Below are positions 1-14,140 of a DNA stretch of 64,000 nt, piece by piece. Each line of letters starts with the position of its first letter. Positions within the stretch are counted from its first letter, which is position 1. The position numbers were made by a program, and so were the translations under genes. The notes beneath the pieces were generated by a model. That model was given only the letters and a program-made list of their open reading frames with translations. It had not been told where the DNA came from and did not search any database. The DNA is from Tubiluchus corallicola (Eukaryota; Animalia; Priapulida): assembly GCA_030141605.1 (NCBI GenBank), contig JAQGDQ010000051.1, forward strand, positions 642,628 through 706,627, given 5' to 3'.

Positions 1-3000
1 AGATATACAGGCATCCTGAAACATCTAGTCAGAACGCACTTAGAATAATCTCTAGCATCTAGACTGATAAAGTCTATTTCGAATCTCAGATACCTAACCA
101 GACGACCTGTACAGGCAATGTTATACAATGAGAGAACACCTCTCATATCTAGTTAGAAGGCATCCACGTCCAATTCTATTAATTTACTAAGATATATAGA
201 CGAACTGCAGCATCTAGTCAAAACTCATTTAGAGCAGTCCCAAACATATACAAACAATCCGAATGTCAATCTCAAGCATCTGGCAGAAGACGTCTACGGG
301 CAATGTTAAGCATATGAATAGGGAAGTACACAGAAAGCCTCAATTAGCTTGTTAGAAGACACGCACATCTAAGATCCACAGAAATCCTGAAACACCTACC
401 AGAACTATTTGAACAGTCCCCAAACATATACCAACCCGGAACATCTAGTCGGAACTCACCCAGACAATCAACACATGACAGAAACATCTAGTCAAAACTC
501 ATTTAGAGCAGTACCAAACATCTACAAACAACCCGAAACATCTAGTCAGAAGTCATGAGCAATATAGACAAAATGCATCTAATGAGACCATTTAGAGCAG
601 TCCAAACATATACAAACAACCCGGAACATCTAGTCAGAAGTCACTTAGAGCAATATCAGGCATGTAGGCAGAAATATCTAGTCAAAACTCATCTAGAGTA
701 ATATCAAGTATTTGGACAGAGGAAATTCGATTGTCAATCTCAAGTATCTGGCAGAAGGCTTCTATAGGGAATGTTAAGCATCTGAACAGGGAAGTACACA
801 GAAAGCCTCAATTAGCTTGTTAGAAGACACGTACACCTAAACTCAAGCATCTGGTAGGAAGATTCAACCGTTTGGTAAGACTGTATATATGCAGTCTAAA
901 TGATCTACTAATACATCAAGTCTGAAGGCACTTCCTCTGAACCCAATAATCTGTTAAGATATACAGGCATCCTGAAACACCTTATCAGAACTCGCTTTGA
1001 GCTACCTGAAACATTTGACACCTACACAATTCTATTCATCTATTGAGATATATAGACAAAATGCAGCATCTAACCAGAACTCATTTAGAGCAGTTCCAAA
1101 CATATACAAACAACCCGGAACATCTAGTCAGAACGCACTTAGAGTAATCTCTAGAATCTAGACTGATGAAGTCTATTTCGAATCTCAGATACCTAACCAG
1201 ACGACCTGTGCAGGCAATGTTATACAATAAGAGAACACCTCTCATATCTAGTAAGAAGGCTTCCACATCCAATTCTATTAATTTATTAAGATATACAGAC
1301 GAACTGCAGCATCTAGTCAAAACTCACTTAGAGCTACCTGAAGCATTTGACACCTACACAATTCTGTTCATCTCTGGAGATATATAGACAAAATGTAGCA
1401 TCTAACCAGAACTCATTTAGAGCAGTCCCAAACATATACAAACAACCCGGAACATCTAGTCAGAAGTCACTTAGAGCAATATCAGACATGTAGGCAGAAA
1501 TATCTAGTCAAAACTCATCTAGAGTAATATCAAGTATTTGGACAGAGGAAATTCGATTGTCAATCTCAAGTATCTGGCAGAAGGCTTCTATAGGGAATGT
1601 TAAGCATCTGAACAGGGAAGTACACAGAAAGCCTCAATTAGCTTGTTAGAAGACACGTACACCTAAACTCAAGCATCTGGTAGGAAGATTCAACCGTTTG
1701 GTAAGACTGTATATATGCAGTCTAAATGATCTACTACTACATCATGTCTGAAGGCACTTCCTCTGAACCCAATAATCTGTTAAGATATACAGGCATCCTG
1801 AAACACCTTATCAGAACTCGCTTTGAGCTACCTGAAACATTTGACACCTACACAATTCTATTCATCTATTGAGATATATAGACAAAATGCAGCATCTAAC
1901 CAGAACTCATTTAGAGCAGTTCCAAACATATACAAACAACCCGGAACATCTAGTCAGAACGCACTTAGAGTAATCTCTAGAATCTAGACTGATGAAGTCT
2001 ATTTCGAATCTCAGATACCTAACCAGACGACCTGTGCAGGCAATGTTATACAATAAGAGAACACCTCTCATATCTAGTAAGAAGGCTTCCACATCCAATT
2101 CTATTAATTTATTAAGATATACAGACGAACTGCAGCATCTAGTCAAAACTCACTTAGAGCTACCTGAAGCATTTGACACCTACACAATTCTGTTCATCTC
2201 TGGAGATATATAGACAAAATGTAGCATCTAACCAGAACTCATTTAGAGCAGTCCCAAACATATACAAACAACCCGGAACATCTAGTTATAACTCACTTAG
2301 AACAATATCAGAAATGTAGGCAGAAACATCTAGTCAAAACCCAGCTAGAGTAATATCAAGTATTTGGACAGAGGAAATTCGATTGTCAATCTCAAGTATC
2401 TGGCAGAAGGCTTCTATAGGCAATGTTAAGCATCTGAACAGGGAAGTACACAGAAAGCCTCAATTAGCTTGTTAGAAGACACGTACACCTAAACTCAAGC
2501 ATCTGGTAGGAAGATTCAACCGTTTGGTAAGACTGTATATATGCAGTCTAAATGATCTAGTAATACATCAAGTCTGAAGGCACTTCCTCTGAACCCAATA
2601 ATCTGTTAAGAAATACAGGCATCCTGAAACATCTAGTCAGAACGCAGAGCAGTCCCAAACATCTACAAACAACCCGAAACATCTAGTCAGAAGTCACTTA
2701 GAACAATATCAGAAATGTAGGCAGAAACATCTAGTCAAAACCCAGCTAGAGTAATATCAAGCATCTGGACATAGGAAATTCGATTGTCAATCTCAAGTAT
2801 CTGGCAGAAGACGTCTACGGGCAATGATAAGCATATGAATAGGGAAATACACAGAAAGCCGCAATTAGCTTCTTAGAAGACACATACATCTAAGCTCTAC
2901 AGAAATCCTGAAACACCTAACCAGAACTCATTTAGAGCAGTCCCAAACATATACAAACAACCCGGAACATCTAGTCAGAAGTCACTTAGAGCAATATCAG

Positions 3001-6000
3001 GCATGTAGGCAGAAACATCTAGTCAAAACCCAGCTAGAGTAATATCAAGCATCTGGACAGAGGAAATTCGATTGTCAATCTCAAGTATCTGGCAGAAGGC
3101 TTCTATAGGCAATGTTAAGCATCTGAACAGGGAAGTACACAGAAAGCCTCAATTAGCTTGTTAGAAGACACGTACACCTAAACTCAAGCATCTGGTAGGA
3201 AGATTCAACCGTTTGGTAAGACTGTATATATGCAGTCTAAATGATCTAGTAATACATCAAGTCTGAAGGCACTTCCTCTGAACCCAATAATCTGTTAAGA
3301 AATACAGGCATCCTGAAACATCTAGTCAGAACGCAGAGCAGTCCCAAACATCTACAAACAAACCGAAACATCTAGTCAGAGCTCACTTAGAGCAATCAGA
3401 CATGTAGGCAGAAACATCTAGTCAAAACTCGTTTAGAGCAGTCCCAAACATCTACAAACAACCCGAAACATCTAGTCAGAAGTCACTTAGAACAATATCA
3501 GAAATGTAGGCAGAAACATCTAGTCAAAACCCAGCTAGAGTAATATCAAGCATCTGGACATAGGAAATTCGATTGTCAATCTCAAGTATCTGGCAGAAGA
3601 CGTCTACGGGCAATGTTAAGCATATGAATAGGGAAGTACACAGAAAGCCGCAATTAGCTTCTTAGAAGACACATACATCTAAGCTCTACAGAAATCCTGA
3701 AACACCTAACCAGAACTCATTTAGAGCAGTCCCAAACATATACAAACAACCCGGAACATCTAGTCAGAAGTCACTTAGAGCAATATCAGGCATGTAGGCA
3801 GAAATATCTAGTCAAAACTCATCTAGAGTAATATCAAGTATCTAGACATAGGAAATTCGATTGTCAATCTCAAGTATCTGGCAGAAGACGTCTACGGGCA
3901 ATGTTAAGCATATGAATAGGGAAGTACACAGAAAGCCTCAATTAGTTTGTTAGAAGACACGTACACCTAAACTCAAGCATCTGGTAGGAAGATTCAACCG
4001 TTTGGTAAGACTGTATATATGCAATCTAAATGATCTACTAATACATCATGTCTGAAGGCACTTCCTCTGAACCCAATAATCTGTTAAGATATACAGGCAT
4101 CCTGAAACATCTAGTCAGAACGCACTTAGAATAATCTCTAGCATCTAGACTGATAAAGTCTATTTCGAATCTCAGATACCTAACCAGACGACCTGTACAG
4201 GCAATGTTATACAATGAGAGAACACCTCTCATATCTAGTTAGAAGGCATCCACGTCCAATTCTATTAATTTACTAAGATATATAGACGAACTGCAGCATC
4301 TAGTCAAAACTCATTTAGAGCAGTCCCAAACATATACAAACAATCCGAATGTCAATCTCAAGCATCTGGCAGAAGACGTCTACGGGCAATGTTAAGCATA
4401 TGAATAGGGAAATACACAGAAAGCCCCAATTAGCTTGTTAGAAGACACGCACATCTAAGATCTACAGAAATCCTGAAACACCTAACCAGAACTCATTTAG
4501 AGCAGTCCCAAACATATACAAACAACCCGGAACATCTAGTCGGAACTCACTTAGAGCAATCAGACATGTAGGCAGAAACATCTAGTCAAAACTCATTTAG
4601 AGCAGTACCAAACATCTACAAACAACCCGAAACATCTAGTCAGAAGTCACTTAGAGCAATATAGACAAAATGCAGCATCTAACCAGGACTCATTTAGAGC
4701 AGTCCCAAACATATACAAACAACCCGGAACATCTAGTCAGAAGTCACTTAGAGCAATATCAGGCATGTAGGCAGAAATATCTAGTCAAAACTCATCTAGA
4801 GTAATATCAAGTATTTGGACAGAGGAAATTCGATTGTCAATCTCAAGTATCTGGCAGAAGGCTTCTATAGGGAATGTTAAGCATCTGAACGGGGAAGTAC
4901 ACAGAAAGCCTCAATTAGCTTGTTAGAAGACACGTACACCTAAACTCAAGCATCTGGTAGGAAGATTCAACCGTTTGGTAAGACTGTATATATGCAGTCT
5001 AAATGATCTACTACTACATCATGTCTGAAGGCACTTCCTCTGAACCCAATAATCTGTTAAGATATACAGGCATCCTGAAACACCTTATCAGAACTCGCTT
5101 TGAGCTACCTGAAACATTTGACACCTACACAATTCTATTCATCTATTGAGATATATAGACAAAATGCAGCATCTAACCAGAACTCATTTAGAGCAGTCCC
5201 AAACATATACAAACAACCCGGAACATCTAGTCAGAACGCACTTAGAGCAATCAGACATGTAGGCAGAAACATCTAGTCAAAACTCATTTAGAGCAGTACC
5301 AAACATCTACAAACAACCCGAAACATCTAGTCAGAAGTCACTTAGAGCAATATAGACAAAATGCAGCATCTAACCAGGACTCATTTAGAGCAGTCCCAAA
5401 CATATACAAACAACCCGGAACATCTAGTCAGAAGTCACTTAGAGCAATATCAGGCATGTAGGCAGAAATATCTAGTCAAAACTCATCTAGAGTAATATCA
5501 AGTATTTGGACAGAGGAAATTCGATTGTCAATCTCAAGTATCTGGCAGAAGGCTTCTATAGGGAATGTTAAGCATCTGAACGGGGAAGTACACAGAAAGC
5601 CTCAATTAGCTTGTTAGAAGACACGTACACCTAAACTCAAGCATCTGGTAGGAAGATTCAACCGTTTGGTAAGACTGTATATATGCAGTCTAAATGATCT
5701 ACTACTACATCATGTCTGAAGGCACTTCCTCTGAACCCAATAATCTGTTAAGATATACAGGCATCCTGAAACACCTTATCAGAACTCGCTTTGAGCTACC
5801 TGAAACATTTGACACCTACACAATTCTATTCATCTATTGAGATATATAGACAAAATGCAGCATCTAACCAGAACTCATTTAGAGCAGTTCCAAACATATA
5901 CAAACCCGGAACATCTAGTCAGAACGCACTTAGAGTAATCTCTAGAATCTAGACTGATGAAGTCTATTTCGAATCTCAGATACCTAACCAGACGACCTGT

Positions 6001-8700
6001 GCAGGCAATGTTATACAATAAGAGAACACCTCTCATATCTAGTAAGAAGGCTTCCACATCCAATTCTATTAATTTATTAAGATATACAGACGAACTGCAG
6101 CATCTAGTCAAAACTCACTTAGAGCTACCTGAAGCATTTGACACCTACACAATTCTGTTCATCTCTGGAGATATATAGACAAAATGTAGCATCTAACCAG
6201 AACTCATTTAGAGCAGTCCCAAACATATACAAACAACCCGGAACATCTAGTTATAACTCACTTAGAGCAATCAGACATGTAGGAAGAAATATCTAGTCAA
6301 AACTCATCTAGAGTAATATCAAGTATTTGGACAGAGGAAATTCGATTGTCAATCTCAAGTATCTGGCAGAAGGCTTCTATAGGGAATGTTAAGCATCTGA
6401 ACAGGGAAGTACACAGAAAGCCTCAATTAGCTTGTTAGAAGACACGTACACCTAAACTCAAGCATCTGGTAGGAAGATTCAACCGTTTGGTAAGACTGTA
6501 TATATGCAGTCTAAATGATCTACTACTACATCATGTCTGAAGGCACTTCCTCTGAACCCAATAATCTGTTAAGATATACAGGCATCCTGAAACACCTTAT
6601 CAGAACTCGCTTAGAGCTACCTGAAACATTTGACACCTACACAATTCTATTCATCTATTGAGATATATAGACAAAATGCAGCATCTAACCAGAACTCATT
6701 TAGAGCAGTTCCAAACATATACAAACAACCCGGAACATCTAGTCAGAACGCACTTAGAGTAATCTCTAGAATCTAGACTGATGAAGTCTATTTCGAATCT
6801 CAGATACCTAACCAGACGACCTGTGCAGGCAATGTTATACAATAAGAGAACACCTCTCATATCTAGTAAGAAGGCTTCCACATCCAATTCTATTAATTTA
6901 TTAAGATATACAGACGAACTGCAGCATCTAGTCAAAACTCACTTAGAGCTACCTGAAGCATTTGACACCTACACAATTCTGTTCATCTCTGGAGATATAT
7001 AGACAAAATGTAGCATCTAACCAGAACTCATTTAGAGCAGTCCCAAACATATACAAACAACCCGAAACATCTAGTCAGAAGTCACTTAGAGCAATATCAG
7101 ACATGTAGGCAGAAATATCTAGTCAAAACTCATCTAGAGTAATATCAAGTATTTGGACAGAGGAAATTCGATTGTCAATCTCAAGTATCTGGCAGAAGGC
7201 TTCTATAGGGAATGTTAAGCATCTGAACAGGGAAGTACACAGAAAGCCTCAATTAGCTTGTTAGAAGACACGTACACCTAAACTCAAGCATCTGGTAGGA
7301 AGATTCAACCGTTTGGTAAGACTGTATATATGCAGTCTAAATGATCTACTACTACATCATGTCTGAAGGCACTTCCTCTGAACCCAATAATCTGTTAAGA
7401 TATACAGGCATCCTGAAACACCTTATCAGAACTCGCTTTGAGCTACCTGAAACATTTGACACCTACACAATTCTATTCATCTATTGAGATATATAGACAA
7501 AATGCAGCATCTAACCAGAACTCATTTAGAGCAGTTCCAAACATATACAAACAACCCGGAACATCTAGTCAGAACGCACTTAGAGTAATCTCTAGAATCT
7601 AGACTGATGAAGTCTATTTCGAATCTCAGATACCTAACCAGACGACCTGTGCAGGCAATGTTATACAATAAGAGAACACCTCTCATATCTAGTAAGAAGG
7701 CTTCCACATCCAATTCTATTAATTTATTAAGATATACAGACGAACTGCAGCATCTAGTCAAAACTCACTTAGAGCTACCTGAAGCATTTGACACCTACAC
7801 AATTCTGTTCATCTCTGGAGATATATAGACAAAATGTAGCATCTAACCAGAACTCATTTAGAGCAGTCCCAAACATCTACAAGCAACCCGAAACATCTAG
7901 TCAGAAGACATTTAGAGCAATATCAGACATGTAGGCAGAAATATCTAGTCAAAACTCATCTAGAGTAATATCAAGTATTTGGACAGAGGAAATTCGATTG
8001 TCAATCTCAAGTATCTGGCAGAAGGCTTCTATAGGCAATGTTAAGCATCTGAACAGGGAAGTACACAGAAAGCCTCAATTAGCTTGTTAGAAGACACGTA
8101 CACCTAAACTCAAGCATCTGGTAGTAAGATTCAACCGTTTGGTAAGACTGTATATATGCTGTCTAAATGATCTACTAATACATCAAGTCTGAAGGCACTT
8201 CCTCTGAACCCAATAATCTGTTAAGATATACAGGCATCCTGAAACATCTAGTCAGAACGCACAGAGTAATCTCTAGAATCTAGACTGATGAAGTCTATTT
8301 CGAATCTCAGATACCTAACCAGACTAACTGTGCAGGCAATGTTATACAATGAGAGAACACCTTTCATATCTAGTTAGAAGGCATCCACATCCAATTCTAT
8401 TAATTTGTTAAGATATATAGACGAACTGCAGCATCTAGTCAAAACTTATTTAGAGCAGTCCCAAACATCTACAAACAACCCGAAACATTTAGTCAGAAGT
8501 CACTTAGAGCAATATCAGACATGTACGCAGAAACATCTAGTCAAAACTCAGCTAGAGTAATATCAAGCATCTGGACAAAGGAAATTCGATTGTCGATCTC
8601 AAGTATCTGGCAGAAGACGTCTACAGGCAATGTTAAGCATATGAATAGGGAAATACACAGAAAGCCACAATCAGCTTCTTAGAAGTCATCAGTGACCAAA
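1..8700. repeat. Homogeneous satellite array with higher-order repeats built from a ~35-bp monomer (approx. AAGCATCTGGYCAGAAGACATCTACAGGCAATSTY)
   Basis: Near-identical blocks recur at 1081/1907 and 6696/7522 (826 bp), 5875/6696 (821 bp) and 4881/5572 (691 bp). Base 1 matches 4087. Subunits such as aagtatctggcagaaggcttctatagggaatgtt recur every 34-36 bp. Confidence 0.95.
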
Positions 8701-11700
8701 CTCAAGCATCAGGTAGGAAAACTCCCTGAGTTTAGAAAAGTCCCACTCATCTACAAACAACCTGAGCGGACACTTGAAATGGACAGCAGATATCTCCTGA
8801 CTAGAATCTTAAGAGCGCCCGTGCACACCTTCTGGCCTGATACTTTATATTTTCATTAGATACCCTCTCGCTAGTTGCCTGATTACCTGTAGAACTTTTC
8901 TGGCCAGATAATTGTAAGTGGTTATATGCCTAACAATGTGCTCAACATTGCCTGTATAAGTTTTTTGCTCTCTGACTTGCTAATGGCAGTAGATGTTTTG
9001 TTGAGGTTGCTCTACATGTATACTGGCCAGCTACTTTTGGATTTCTGTATATATCTTCTGGCCAGGAATTTAAGCGTGCCTGTAGAACTTTTCTGGCCAG
9101 ATACCTGAGATTCTCAGTAGATACCGCCTGACTAGCTGCTTAAGACTGCCTACTTATCAGATGCTTGCAATTCGTTGCAGATGATTTCTTTACAGTTGTC
9201 GAGGCTGCCAGGATATGTCTTTTGGCCAAATACTTCAGATGCGTTAATATCATTTGTAGACGCCTTCTGAGCTGATACTTGATATTGTCATTAGATGTCT
9301 TCTCCCTAGTTGCCTACGATTACTAGTAGATCTTTTCTGGCCAGATACTTGAGATTCAGAGTAGATACCTCCTGGCTAGCTGGTTAAGACTGCATGTAGA
9401 TGTCTACTTATCGGATGCTTGCAATTCGTTACAAATGATTTCCTTACAGTTTGTTGTGGCTGCCAGGATATGTCTCTTGGCCAAATGCTTCAGATGTGTT
9501 AATATCACCTGTAGACGCCTTCTGACTTGATTCTGACAATGTACATTAACTTTGCCTGTAGACATCTTCTGGACGGGTGCCTGCGATTAGCTAGAGATGA
9601 TTGAAATTGCCAGTAATTGCCTTCTGACCAGATTTATAGTCTACATATAAGATGCTTGCAGTTCGTTGCAGATGATTTCTATACAGTTTGTTGAAGCTGC
9701 CAGGATAAGTCTCTTGGCCAAATACTTCAGATGCGTTAATATCATCTGTAGATGCCTTCTTTTTGATACTTGATATTGTCATTAGATGTCTTCTCACTAG
9801 TTGCCTAAGATTACTTGTAGATCTTTTCTGGCCAGATAATTGTAAGTGATTATATGCCTTCTAACAATGTGACAATTACTGGCAGCCTCAATCATCTGTT
9901 TAGGACAGCAGCTGTGACTAATCACAAGCAGCTAGTCAGGAGTTAGGCAAACATCTGTAACTAATCACAAGCAGCTAGTCAGGAGATACCCACTATCAGT
10001 CAAAAATATCTGGCCAGAAAAGATCTACAGGTAATCTTAGGCCACTAGTGAGAAGACAGCTAATGGCAATATCAAGTATCCAGTCAGAAGGCGTCTACAG
10101 GTGATATTATCACATCTGAGGTATTTGGCCAAAAGACATATACTGGTAGCCTCAACAAACTGCAAGGAAAACATCTATAACTAATTGCAAGCATCAGATA
10201 AGTAGACATCTACGGGCAGTCTTAAAGAGCTGGTCAGGAAGTATCAACTGTGAATCTCAAGTATCTGGTCAGAAAAGTTCTACAGGCATGATCAAATTCA
10301 TGGCCAGAAGACATGTACAGACAAACAAAAGCAGCTCGCCAGTATACAAGTAGAGCAATCTCAAACATCTCAACAAAATATCTACTGCCATTAGCAAGTC
10401 AGAGACCAGAAAACTTCTACAGGCAATTTCGAGAACACTGTTAGAAGACATAATCACTTACAATTATCTGGTCAGAAAAGATCTACTGGTAATCTTAGGC
10501 AACTAGTGAAAAGACAGCTAATGACAATGTCAAGTATCAGGTCAGAAGGCGTCTACAGGCGCTCTAAAGCATCTAGTCACGAGATATCTACTGTCAATAT
10601 CAAGTGTCAGCTCAGGATGCGTCTACAGGTAACATTAACACATCTGAAGTATTTGGCGGAGAGACGTATGCTGGCAGCCTCAACAAACTGTAAGAAAAAG
10701 ATCTATAGCTAATTTCAAGCATCAGATAAGTAGACAGGCAGTCTTAAACAGTTAGTCAGGCGGTATCTACTGAGAATCTCAGGTATCTGGCCAGAAAAGT
10801 TCTACAGGCACGCTTAAATTCCTGGCCAGAAGACATATACAGACAACCAAAAGCAGCTGGTCAGTAAACATGTTGAGCAATCTCAAACATCTCAACAAAA
10901 CGTCTACTGCCATTAGCAAACCAGAGACCAGAAAACTTCTATAGGCAATGTTGAGCACATTGTCAGAAGACATATAATCACTTACAATTATCTGGCCAGA
11001 AAAGATCTACAGTTAATCTTAGGCAACTAGTCAGAAGACAGCTAACGACAATGTCAAGTATCAGCTCAGAAGGCGCCTACAGGTAATATTGACACATCTG
11101 AAGTATTTAGCCAAGAGATGTATACTGGCAGCCGCAACAAACTGTAAGGAAAACACCTATAGCTAAGTGCAAGCATCAGATAAGTAGACAGGCAGTCTTA
11201 AACAGCTAGTCAGGAGGTATCTACTGTGACTCTCAAGTATCTGGTCAGAAAAGTTCTACAGGCACGCTCAAATTCCTTGCCAGAAGACATATACAGACAA
11301 TGAAAAGCATATGGACAGAATACACGTATACGCAATGATAATAAGCACTGGGCCAGAGGACATCTATAGACACCATTAAACTTGGTCAGGAGACCATTAC
11401 AATCAGCCTCAATCATCTCCTAGGAAAGCGTCCATAGCTAATCGCAAGAACGCGTCCAGAAGATGTCTGCAGGCAACGTCATGCACATTGTCAGAAGGCA
11501 TACAACCACGGGTGATATTAACACATCTGATGTATTTGGCCAGGAGATATATACTGGCCACGTCAACAAACTGTAAGGAAAACATCTATAACTAATTGCA
11601 AGCAGCAGATAAGTAGACATCTACAGGCAGTCTTGAACAACTAGTCAGGAGGTATCTACTGTGAATCTCAAGTATGTGGCCAGAAGGCTTTTACAGGTAA

Positions 11701-14140
11701 TCTTAAGCGCCTGGATAGAAGGTATGTAATACCAATCTCAAGTATATGGAGAGAGGACATCTACAGGCGATATTAAGCACCTGGCCAGAAGCCAATTACT
11801 GGAAACTTCAATCATCTCCTAGAAAAACATCTATAGCTAATCGCAGGCACCCGTCCAGAAGATGTCTGCAGGCAATGTTAATGCACATTGTCAGAAGACA
11901 CAACCACTCAGAAGTATCTGACAGAATACTTGTACAGGTAAGACATCTACAAGCAATATTAAGCACCTGGCCAAGAACATCTACAGACACTATAAATCTG
12001 GTCAGAAGACAATTACTGGTAGCCTCAATTATCTCTTAGGAAAACCTCTATAACTAATCAGAAGCAGCTAGTCAGGAGATATGCACTATCAATCTAAAGA
12101 ATCTGGCCAGAAAACTTCTACTGTTGCTCTGAAGTTTCTGATCAGAAGACATCTACAGGCAACGTAAAGTAACCGGTCAGGAGACATTTAGAGCACTCTG
12201 AAACATCACAACAAAATGTCTACTGCTAACTCCCAAGTATCAGATCAGAATACATCTACATGCAACAATATTAAGCACTGGACCAGAGGACATCTATAGA
12301 CACCATTAAACTTGGTCAGGAGACCATTACAATCAGCCTCAAACATCTCCTAGGAAAACATCCATAGCTAATCGCAAGCACCCGTCTAGAAGATGTCTAC
12401 AGGCAACGTTATGCACATTGTCAGAAGACATACAACCACTCACAAGTATCTGACAGAATACGTCTACAGATAATCTTAAGGTCAGGAGACATCTAGCTCA
12501 ATCTCAAACATCTCAACAAAGACATCTGCTGTCTATGTCAAGTATCAGACTAGAAGACTTCTACAGGCAACGCTAAGCACATTGTCAGGGGACATAGAAC
12601 CACTCACAAGTATCTGACCAGAAGACTTTTACAGGTGATATTAAGCAACTGGCCAGAACACATCTGACTATATATCTGGTCAGAATACAATTACTGGCAG
12701 CCTCAACAAACTGTAAGGAAAACATCTATAACTGATTGCAAGCATCAGATAAGTAGACATCTACAGGCAGTCTTAAGCAGCTAGTCAGGAGGTATCTACT
12801 CTGAATCTCAAGTATCTGGTCAGAAAAGATCTACTACAAGTAATTGTAGGCAACTAGGGAGAATACATCTAATGACAATATCAAGTATCAGGTCAGAAGG
12901 CGTTTACAGATGATATTAATGCATCTGAAGTATTTGGCCAAGAGACATATCCTGGCAGCCTCAACAAACTGTAAATAAATCATCTGTAACGAATTGCAAG
13001 CATCTTATACGTAGACTATAAATTTGGTAAGCAGACAACCACTGCCAGCCTTAATCATTCGCTAGGAAAACATCTATAACTAATTACCAGCTGCTAGTCA
13101 AGAGATATCCACTATCAATCTAGGACAAAGTATCTGTCCACAAAACTTCTACTGTCGCTGTCAAGCTTCTGGCCAGAAGACATCTACAGGCAACCTAAAG
13201 CAATTGGCCAGGAAACTATCTCAAACATCTCAACATAATGTCTACAGGCAATGCTAAACATATTGTCAGAAGACATGTTTTTGTTGAGATGTATGAGATT
13301 GATCTAGAAGTCTCCTGACCAGCTGCTTTAGGTTGCCTGTAGATGTCTTCTGGCCAGAAGTTTTAGTGTGACACTAGAAGTTTGCTGGCCACATACTTTA
13401 GATGGATATCTCCTGATTAGCTATTACTTATAGATGGTTTCCTAACAGATTATTAAGGCTGCCAGTCACCGTGTCCTGGCCAGTAATTGTCTCCTGATCA
13501 GATTCATAGTGATTGTAGATGTGCTCTGACCAGGTGCCTATTATTGCCTATAGATGTATTCTGCCCAGATACTTGAGTTTAGTTTTGGCTACTTTCTGAA
13601 TAGGCGCTTAAAACTACCTGTAGCTGTCTTCTGATCAGATGCTTGTGATTACAGATGTTTTCACAACAGGTGTTTGAGGCTGCTAGTGGTTGTCTCGTGG
13701 CCAGATTTATAGTGCCTGTAGATGTGTACTGGCCAGGTGCTGAATTTTACATGTAGCATCCTGGCCATATACTTGAGATTGGTATTAGATACCTTCCGAC
13801 CAGGTGCTTGAGGTCTTTTGGTTTGGTACTTGATATTGGCAGTAGATGTTTTTGTTCAGACGTTTGATATTGATTTACATGTCTCCTGACAAGCTGCTTT
13901 AGGTTGCCTGTAAAGGTTTGCTGACCACATACTTTAGATGGATATCTCCTGATTAGCTATTACTTATAGATGGTTTCCAAACATTTTGTTGAGGCTGCCA
14001 GTATGTCTTCTGGACAAATACGTAATGTGTTAATGTTGCCTGTAGACGTCTTCTGGTCTGATACTTGATATTCGCAGTAGATATTTTGTTGAGATGTTAT
14101 TGCTCTAGATGTCTCCTAACCAGTTGCTTTAGGTGCCTGT
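8700..14140. repeat. Diverged layer of the same satellite with inverted blocks and a ~510-bp secondary unit
   Basis: The same motif (tctggccagaagacatctacaggc) is reverse-complemented at ~8790-9870 and ~13275-14140 and forward at ~9870-13275. The segments at 10269 and 10779 are homologous (510 bp apart) and match 8926-9108 in inverted orientation. Confidence 0.9.

Noticed and set aside
1160-1190. Hammerhead in the satellite (ctgatgaagtctatttcgaat)
   Set aside because: CTGATGA is present but there is no stem II, GAAT replaces GAAA, and other copies read ctgataa.
1081-7828. Repeated identical 73-79 aa ORFs on both strands
   Set aside because: They are by-products of the satellite unit. Variant units break them and no domain is recognisable.
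1-14140. CRISPR-like array of ~35-bp repeats
   Set aside because: No unique spacers (intervening sequences are themselves diverged monomers), no cas genes, eukaryotic context.
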